A stretch of 64,000 nucleotides of DNA from Bdellovibrionales bacterium (GTDB taxonomy: Bacteria; Bdellovibrionota; UBA1018; JADZFF01): assembly GCA_020850015.1 (NCBI GenBank), contig JADZFF010000042.1, positions 890 to 64,889 on the forward strand. Reading direction: 5' to 3'. Position 1 is the stretch's first letter, and the number at the start of each line of letters is the position of its first letter. Positions 8,422 to 14,311 of the stretch are shown here, piece after piece. The position numbers were made by a program, and so were the translations under genes. The notes beneath the pieces are model-generated. The model did no database searches. It was not told the origin of the DNA and was given only the letters and a program-made list of their open reading frames with translations.

Positions 8422-9393
8422 TCATCCGCGGGGATGGTGGCGGCGGTGCACGTCGCGGAGGCGTTCGGGCTCGACGTGGGTGTAGATCTGGGTGGTGGAC
8501 AGATCGGAGTGGCCGAGCAGGAGCTGCAACGAGCGAAGGTTCATGCCTGCGTGCAGAAGGTGAGTGGCGAAGGAGTGCCGGATCCCGTGGGGAGTGACCC
8601 GCGACTGGATGCCCGCCTTCTCCGCGAGCGCGCGGAGGAGGGCCCAGACCTTTTGCCGGGTGAGCGGCTTCACGCGTGGAGCGGCCTCCGGGGTTCGCCT
8701 GGGCGTCGGAAGATAGTCCACGAACACGGGCAGCGTCGCGGCGACCGCGCCCGCCACGGATGTGAGCGCTCGGCGCGGGCCCTCAAGGTAGGAGGCCAGT
8801 GCCTGCGCCGCTGAATCGGCCAGGGGTACCTGGCGTTCCTTGTCGCCCTTTCCCCGCACCCGCACGGTACCCACGGCGAGATCGAGCTGCGCGGGTTTGA
8901 GCGCGCACAGCTCAGAGACCCGGAGACCGGCGGCGTAGAGGGTGAGCACGAGGGCGCGGTCCCGGGCGCGCAGCGCCTCGGCTTCGCTTTCAGTTCCGCC
9001 ATAGGCAAGCCCCTGTGCCGTGGCCTGAATCAGGCGGCTCATCTCGTCCTCGGAGAGGGGGGTGGGGGGGCGCCGGTGGGAGCGGGGGGGGGGGAGCTCG
9101 GAAGCGGGGTCGGTTTCCCGCCAGCCCTCCGCGCAGCAAAAGAGGAAGAACTGGCGGAAGGCCGAAACCTTGCGGGCGAGGGAAGCGGGGGCCAGCCCCT
9201 GGGCGTGGAGCCCGGATAGGTGCTGTTCCAGGTGTTCGGCTTGGACCTCGCTCAAGGTGGGGGGGCAGAGGGTGGCCAGCGCCTTCAGGTCCCTCCCGTA
9301 GCCCTCCAGGGTGGCCGGCGCGGCACCGGCCTCGACCCGACGGGCATCAAGGAAGGTCTGGATCGCTGTTTGAAGGGTGGGGGGGCGGGCCAC
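8422..9393 (-). CDS. xerD: tyrosine site-specific recombinase, XerD-like
   Basis: HGIRHSFATHLL and LLGHSDLSTTQIYTHV catalytic C-terminus; SAM-like N-domain. Calling XerD rather than XerC rests on the HSDLSTTQIYTHV signature only. Confidence 0.75.
   Translation of the reverse strand: MARPPTLQTAIQTFLDARRVEAGAAPATLEGYGRDLKALATLCPPTLSEVQAEHLEQHLSGLHAQGLAPASLARKVSAFRQFFLFCCAEGWRETDPASELPPPRSHRRPPTPLSEDEMSRLIQATAQGLAYGGTESEAEALRARDRALVLTLYAAGLRVSELCALKPAQLDLAVGTVRVRGKGDKERQVPLADSAAQALASYLEGPRRALTSVAGAVAATLPVFVDYLPTPRRTPEAAPRVKPLTRQKVWALLRALAEKAGIQSRVTPHGIRHSFATHLLHAGMNLRSLQLLLGHSDLSTTQIYTHVEPERLRDVHRRHHPRG
9057..9094. repeat. cluster of G/C homopolymer tracts (G6, G7, G11 on + strand) inside xerD
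   Basis: 9057-9062 is G6, 9064-9070 is G7, 9084-9094 is G11. They encode the ELPPPRSHRRPPTPL linker on the minus strand. Confidence 0.8.
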
Positions 9394-9449
9394 TCCTTCT
9401 AGGATAGTCGAGGGGGTGGTCGGCGAAAAGTTGTCAATATCAGTCGGGA

Positions 9450-10472
9450 ATGATACACAGCGTCATCATGAGGCGCTCCGTCTTCTCCATTCTGGGTTTG
9501 GTTTCGATGGTGTCCCTGGCACTCGTTCAGGGGGCAGCTGCGGACGACGACACCCCCATGATCGAGGTCGGGATCAACCCCGGCGCGGAAGTGGGCGGAG
9601 GTGGAACGACCGAGGGTCCGGGCCTCTGCGACCCCGTGGATCCCGCCTGCGAGTCTCAGATCAGCCAGATCATCCGCGGCCTGCGCATCCTGAAGCCTGA
9701 GGTCGAGGGCGGGGTGATGTTCGCGGGAGGCCAGGCCGGGGGCGCTGTACGCTTTTCCCTCGAAGGGATCTCGCTCGATACTCCGGTCGGCGACCTGGAC
9801 CTCCTGCAGTTCGCGGCCGTGTACCTGCCGGACGCCGGCGGCTTCCGCCTCCGGCTGAAGCTCGCCGACTCAGACGTGCTCTTCTTCTGCAGGGACGCCG
9901 ACACCGGCGAAACTCACGCGCCCCTGATGGCGATGTTCAACAACTGCGTGCCCGAGGGCATCGTGGGGATCGGCGGCTCGCTGCTCGACTTCCAGTGGGA
10001 CATCCAGACCTCGCGCGTGATGGCGCGCTGGTTGGAGGCCAACGTGGTGGTGAATTTCCTCCGCAACGGCAACGGCACCGAGTACCTGAATCACCGCCTG
10101 ACCGCCTTCCTGGGCGCGAGCCTCGACACGATGTTCCCGGGCGACGTGCCGGGCGGCGACCCGAACACCGCCGTGATGCCACGCCTGAACATGGGCATCG
10201 CGGGCATGCTCCGCACGGCGAACAACCGCCTGGAGATCCACGGCTACGCGGGCTATCGCCCCAACCTGCTCGACTTCACGGACTTCGCCGTGGAGGGAGA
10301 GGTGAAGCTCCTCTACAACTTCCTGTTCTCGCGCAACGTGATGGGCCAGGTCGGGCTGCACGGGGCCGCGAGCTACTGGTCGGTGCCTTCGCACTCGATC
10401 GGCGATTTCGCCTCGGATCAGGATCGCGAGTCGATCTACGTGGGCGGGCTGTTTCGGTTGATGTTTAGGTAG
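9450..10472 (+). CDS. secreted / outer-membrane-like hypothetical protein (340 aa)
   Basis: Signal peptide MRRSVFSILGLVSMVSLALVQGAAA. Alternating beta-like segments toward the C-terminus (YVGGLFRLMFR). No known motif. Confidence 0.55.
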   Translation: MIHSVIMRRSVFSILGLVSMVSLALVQGAAADDDTPMIEVGINPGAEVGGGGTTEGPGLCDPVDPACESQISQIIRGLRILKPEVEGGVMFAGGQAGGAVRFSLEGISLDTPVGDLDLLQFAAVYLPDAGGFRLRLKLADSDVLFFCRDADTGETHAPLMAMFNNCVPEGIVGIGGSLLDFQWDIQTSRVMARWLEANVVVNFLRNGNGTEYLNHRLTAFLGASLDTMFPGDVPGGDPNTAVMPRLNMGIAGMLRTANNRLEIHGYAGYRPNLLDFTDFAVEGEVKLLYNFLFSRNVMGQVGLHGAASYWSVPSHSIGDFASDQDRESIYVGGLFRLMFR

Positions 10473-10515
10473 AATCCGGAAACGGGCAACGGGCATCCGT
10501 TGACCGGTTCGGGGA
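10471..10515. repeat. left imperfect inverted repeat of the four-helix-bundle cassette
   Basis: AGAATCCGGAAACGGGCAACGGGCATCCGTTGACCGGTTC. The blocks ATCCGG-AACGGG, CGGGCA and ACCGGTTC recur inverted at 11031-11075. The core CGGGCAACGGGCATCCGTTGAC recurs inverted at 10684-10705. Confidence 0.6.
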
Positions 10516-10683
10516 TCGGTGTCGGTACCGGTTACCGACCGCACAGCCGGTTGAGGTGCGCGCCGAGGCGATCAGCTGATCCCTCTAGGTCTGCCAGTGC
10601 TTCAGGTTCCAGAGCCAAGTCGGCCGACCGGGACCGGCATGAAGGCAGCCTGGCAACTGGTTCAGATACAGGTCCCTGAGGCG

Positions 10684-10705
10684 GTCACCGGATGCCCGTT
10701 GCCCG
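10684..10705. repeat. internal inverted copy (21/22) of the CGGGCAACGGGCATCCG-TGAC motif
   Basis: GTCACCGGATGCCCGTTGCCCG is the reverse complement of 10483-10504 with one mismatch. It lies 30 nt upstream of the four-helix-bundle ATG. Confidence 0.7.
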
Positions 10706-10735
10706 GTTCTCCCAAACGCGGTGAGGAACTTCACA

Positions 10736-11032
10736 ATGATCAAAAAATTTCGGACCTATGACTTGGCCCTGGAGCTGTACCGTGGCTGTGAAAAGGTATC
10801 TGCTCCGCATCACCTCAAAGAACAGCTCCTAAGGGCTTCGCTCAGCGTGGTGCTCAACACAGCGGAAGGATCGGCGAAGCCGACGGCCAAGGAACGCAGA
10901 CGCATGTACTCCATCGCGCTCGCCTCGTGCCGGGAGACCCAGGCCCTGATCCAGATCCTGAACCGGAAGGAGCTCGAAGAAGTCGCCCATCGCACCGGCG
11001 GCTGCCTCTACCGCCTTGTGCATCCTGCATGA
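10736..11032 (+). CDS. four-helix bundle protein (23S rRNA intervening-sequence protein / Avd family), 98 aa
   Basis: MIKKFRTYDLALELYRGCEKVSAPHHLKEQLLRASLSVVLNTAEGSAKPTAKERRRMYSIALASCRETQALIQIL matches the family pattern (F-x-DL, QL-RAA-S, NIAEG, F-IA-GS--E). GAGGAA sits 8 nt upstream of the ATG. Confidence 0.75.
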   Translation: MIKKFRTYDLALELYRGCEKVSAPHHLKEQLLRASLSVVLNTAEGSAKPTAKERRRMYSIALASCRETQALIQILNRKELEEVAHRTGGCLYRLVHPA

Positions 11033-11075
11033 ACCGGTTCCCGCGTGCCCGTCTCGGGTCCCCGTTGCCGGATCT
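11031..11075. repeat. right imperfect inverted repeat of the four-helix-bundle cassette
   Basis: GAACCGGTTCCCGCGTGCCCGTCTCGGGTCCCCGTTGCCGGATCT. Its reverse complement aligns block-wise with 10471-10515. Confidence 0.55.
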
Positions 11076-11083
11076 AAAAACTT

Positions 11084-11122
11084 GAAGGGCCCGGCGGGAG
11101 GTAGGTTCCGCCGGGCCCTTCT
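11084..11122. terminator. bidirectional rho-independent terminator
   Basis: GAAGGGCCCGGCGG-GAGGTAGGT-TCCGCCGGGCCCTTC, a 15-bp stem. It is followed by TTCATTT on the + strand and by AAGTTTTT on the - strand. Confidence 0.7.
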
Positions 11123-11326
11123 TCATTTCGGATTCGCTGTTGCCCAGACTGCGAGTCCAGGCGGGTTCTGGTATTCCGTGTTGCGCGCCGGACCGCTCCA
11201 GCACTCATCGCTTCAACTTCTGCACATCACTATCGACTCGGGCCGCGTCTCAACATCCGCTCAACAGGCCCCAACTCAACATCTGCTGTCACTCGTCGCA
11301 TTCGCTCGTCGCAGCTATCGCGGTCC

Positions 11327-11367
11327 GGCGGGTGTTTCGCCTCGGTTTCCTCGGCGCCCGCCTTTTT
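11327..11367 (+). terminator. plus-strand terminator-like hairpin with T5 (no annotated + gene upstream)
   Basis: GGCGGG/CCCGCC outer stem and CGCC/GGCG inner stem with a 5-nt bulge, followed by TTTTT (11363-11367). Confidence 0.3.
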
Positions 11368-11373
11368 CTAGGT

Positions 11374-11397
11374 CCCGCTTCGGGTGCCCGAAGCGGG
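11374..11397 (-). terminator. hairpin 19 nt past the lipoprotein stop (no U-tract)
   Basis: CCCGCTTCG-GGTGCC-CGAAGCGGG, a 9-bp stem. Confidence 0.35.
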
Positions 11398-11416
11398 TTC
11401 TGAGAACTTGATCAGG

Positions 11417-12142
11417 TCAATACATCAGCACGAAGCCGTGCTGCGTACGGTTCAGGTAGATGTACACCTTGCCGTAGGGCCGGTTGCCCGCGTAACCCAG
11501 GTTGAAGGCCACGTTGCTCACGCAGGCCTGCTGCTGGATCTGGGGCTGCGGGACCGTCGGGTAAGGATTGTACGGGTTGTACGGCTGCCCATAGGGCTGG
11601 CTGTACTGGTTGTAACCCAAGCTCTGCATGATCTCCTGCTGCGTAGTGGGACTCAGCGTGAGCGAACCCTGCACGCTGCCGACCGTGCTGTAGGAGTAGG
11701 GGTTCGGCTGGTACGGATTGTAGGGCTGGTTGTACGGCTGACCATAGGGTTGCGTCTGCTGATTCAGCCGGAACGCCGTCATCTGGATCGTGCCGTCGAA
11801 GCTCTGGGCCTGAAGGGCCGTGCTTCCCATGGCTCCGCCGTTCCCGATGCCGCCCGAGCCGATGCCCACCTGGCCGACCAACTTCGTGGGCCAGGTATCG
11901 ATCGGCGGGAGCTGCCCGCCTACCAGGTTGTAGGTATCGAAATGAATGTTCTGGCCGACGAAGCCCACCGGGCTCTGGATCGGGATGCAACCGCCGGATC
12001 CGATCCCGCCGGTGGTTCCACCCGGGATGTTTCCGATGCCAGTCGTTCCGCTGCCCGAACCGCCGCAACCGGACAGGACCACCAGTCCGAGCGCCGCGAT
12101 CAGGGCCGTCTGCGCGCCTTTTTTCTTGAAATTGAGACTCAT
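11417..12142 (-). CDS. lipoprotein with Gly-rich and Q/P/Y/N-rich repeat regions (241 aa)
   Basis: MSLNFKKKGAQTALIAALGLVVLSGC lipobox, with GGAGG 4 nt upstream of the ATG at 12142. Repeats QPYGQPYNQPYNPYQPNPY and QPYGQPYNPYNPYP. Confidence 0.7.
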   Translation of the reverse strand: MSLNFKKKGAQTALIAALGLVVLSGCGGSGSGTTGIGNIPGGTTGGIGSGGCIPIQSPVGFVGQNIHFDTYNLVGGQLPPIDTWPTKLVGQVGIGSGGIGNGGAMGSTALQAQSFDGTIQMTAFRLNQQTQPYGQPYNQPYNPYQPNPYSYSTVGSVQGSLTLSPTTQQEIMQSLGYNQYSQPYGQPYNPYNPYPTVPQPQIQQQACVSNVAFNLGYAGNRPYGKVYIYLNRTQHGFVLMY

Positions 12143-12244
12143 ACTACCTCCACTCAGCTTCCACACTTCACTCATCAACAGTGACGCCAACCGCTTCCAC
12201 ACAAGATCTACAAGGCGTCACGAGCACTTCTCAGGAGGGGTAAG

Positions 12245-12261
12245 AGCAAGGCGGGTGCCAA
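12245..12261 (-). promoter_or_regulatory. sigma-54 (-24/-12) promoter TGGCAC-N5-TTGC
   Basis: The minus strand reads CTTGGCACCCGCCTTGCTCT. This matches the TGGCAC-N5-TTGC consensus spacing, about 100 nt upstream of the lipoprotein ATG. Confidence 0.6.
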
Positions 12262-12370
12262 GGTGGGTCGTTTCTGACACCGTGGAGCAGAGCTTGGAAA
12301 TTTCAGGGGAATTAGGCGCGAAACGGCCCCAGGCGAACTGCGTGTAACCCTTGGAGCCGCGTCGGCTCTG

Positions 12371-13204
12371 TCAACGGATCAGACAGGTGCTCAGCTTCGA
12401 CGAAGCCACTCGCCGGCTCGCGCCGTCGCGGAAGCCCGCCATCGCGTCGGCGAGCGCGCGCGCGATCGAGCGGCGCCCCGACTCCGAAAGCACGAGCGAG
12501 CGGTCGCGCGGGTGATCGAGGAAGCCGGTCTCCACGAGGGCGCTCGGCATGTCCGCTCCGAGCAACACATAGAAGAGGGCCTGGCGCACGCCCCGGTTCC
12601 GCGCGCGTCGTCCGGCCTGGGCCGACGTGGCGTTCACCAGGCTGCCCTGGACCGCGCAGGCCAGGCGCCTGCTGTCGGGGAGGTTTCCGTCGATCAGCAG
12701 GTCTTTCACGATGAGCCCGACGTCGGGGGTGTCCTGGTCCTTGTTGGCCACGCTCCCCGAGAGCACGGCGTTCTCGAGGTCGGCGAGCCGGCGTGAGCTC
12801 TGGTCGGTGGAGGCGTTGAGGATATAGGTCTCCACGCCCTGGGCCTCGCCCGCGCGGCGGCCGGAGGCAGAGTTCATGTGGAGCGAGAGAAAAACTCGGG
12901 CGCCGAGCCGGTTGGCGAGCGCGGTACGCTCGGTGAGGCCGACATCTCGATCCTCCTCACGGGTCAGCACGACGCGCATGCCCCGCGCGCGCATCTCCCG
13001 GGCCGCGGCGAGCGCGAGCTTCAAGGTGACGTCCTTCTCCGAGACTCTGCGGCCCTGGTCGCGTACCACGGCTCCGTGGTCGGCGCCGCCGTGTCCAGGG
13101 TCGATCACGACGAGAAAGGGGTCGGCCTTGAGGGGTGCGGCGCTCAAGGTCCCGGCGAGAAACGGGGCGCTCATCAGCGCGGCGGCGAGGGTGCGAGGTC
13201 GCAT
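12371..13204 (-). CDS. N-acetylmuramoyl-L-alanine amidase (Amidase_3 family), secreted
   Basis: Signal peptide, then VVIDPGHGGADHGAV...EKDVTLKLA...VFLSLHMNSA...ETGFLDHP. Confidence 0.85.
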   Translation of the reverse strand: MRPRTLAAALMSAPFLAGTLSAAPLKADPFLVVIDPGHGGADHGAVVRDQGRRVSEKDVTLKLALAAAREMRARGMRVVLTREEDRDVGLTERTALANRLGARVFLSLHMNSASGRRAGEAQGVETYILNASTDQSSRRLADLENAVLSGSVANKDQDTPDVGLIVKDLLIDGNLPDSRRLACAVQGSLVNATSAQAGRRARNRGVRQALFYVLLGADMPSALVETGFLDHPRDRSLVLSESGRRSIARALADAMAGFRDGASRRVASSKLSTCLIR

Positions 13205-13264
13205 CGGCGGGGGGTCCTCCTAACCCCTTGTCGAACCCCTCCAGCTTATGGGAGATCGGCAGGC

Positions 13265-14311
13265 ATGGGCAAGTGGACCGAACTTCTGCGCTGGTACCGC
13301 GAGAATCGCCGCCTGCTCCCCTGGCGAGAGGCGCCCACGCCCTACGGCGTTTGGGTCTCGGAGATCATGCTCCAGCAGACTCAGGTGGCCACGGTGATCC
13401 CGTACTATCAGCGGTTCATGGAGCGATTCCCCACCGTCGGGGATTTGGCGGCCGGGCCCGAGGCCGAGGTGCTGCGACTTTGGGCGGGCCTGGGCTATTA
13501 CTCGCGCGCCCGTAACCTGCAGCGCGGGGCGCGGGCGCTGGCCGGGCGCCTGGAGCGCGGCGAGGGCTGGCCTCAGGACGTGGAGGGCTGGCTCGAGGTT
13601 CCCGGCGTGGGCCCCTACACGGCGGGCGCGGTGGTTTCGATCGCACTCAATCGCGAGGCCGCGATTCTGGACGGCAACGTGGAGCGCGTATTGAGCCGGC
13701 TCCAGCGGATGGTCGACTCGGGCACGGGTAAACGCGCGCTCTGGGAGCTCGCGGCTCAGGCCGTGGCCGAAGCCCGCGCCGGGGGGGGCGCGCCCCGCGA
13801 CTTCAATCAGGCCCTCATGGAGCTCGGTGCTACGCTCTGTTCGCCCCGCTCGCCGAAGTGCGGCGCCTGCCCGCTCGCCGAGGGATGCGCCGCGCGCGCC
13901 GCTGGGGACATGGAGGCCTTCCCCCCGAAGAAGCCGCGCAAGGAATGGCTCGTGGTTCGGGAAGTGGCGCACTGCCTGGTGAACCACGAGGGCCGGGTCT
14001 GGCTGGAACGCCGGCCCGAGGGGCAGTGGCGCGCGGGACTGTGGGACCTGCCGCTCAGCCTTCCTCAGATGTCGACGGAGCTTCTGGGCGAGATCGAAAC
14101 CCGCTACGTCGTGACTCGTCACAAGGTCACGCGCCTCACCCGCGTGTACCGCCTGCGCGACCCCGCGGACTGGCGAGCGAGCGAACCCGCGGGCGCCTCC
14201 GGCGCCTGGGTCAGCCTCGAGGCCGACACGCCCGTGGCGATCGGCGCGCCGTTGCGCAAAGGCTGGCTTCGCGTGCGGTCAGAGTTTCCGGGCGTCCTCG
14301 CCCGCTCGTGA
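13265..14311 (+). CDS. mutY: A/G-specific adenine DNA glycosylase
   Basis: LPWREAPTPYGVWVSEIMLQQTQVATVIPYYQRF, HhH region, and the 4Fe-4S cluster CSPRSPKCGACPLAEGC. Start is M130 of ORF 12878..14311. Confidence 0.9.
   Translation: MGKWTELLRWYRENRRLLPWREAPTPYGVWVSEIMLQQTQVATVIPYYQRFMERFPTVGDLAAGPEAEVLRLWAGLGYYSRARNLQRGARALAGRLERGEGWPQDVEGWLEVPGVGPYTAGAVVSIALNREAAILDGNVERVLSRLQRMVDSGTGKRALWELAAQAVAEARAGGGAPRDFNQALMELGATLCSPRSPKCGACPLAEGCAARAAGDMEAFPPKKPRKEWLVVREVAHCLVNHEGRVWLERRPEGQWRAGLWDLPLSLPQMSTELLGEIETRYVVTRHKVTRLTRVYRLRDPADWRASEPAGASGAWVSLEADTPVAIGAPLRKGWLRVRSEFPGVLARS

Noticed and set aside
6653-8425. 590-aa ORF suggesting a long N-terminal extension of TrpS
   Set aside because: The first ~244 residues are an out-of-frame reading of the M50 protease gene (P/R/G-rich). 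The TrpS homology starts at MNRKAVM (7693), with an ATGA junction to the protease stop.
10736-11032. Diversity-generating retroelement (the four-helix-bundle protein as Avd)
   Set aside because: There is no reverse transcriptase ORF, no template/variable repeat pair and no C-type-lectin-like target gene within at least 10 kb on either side.
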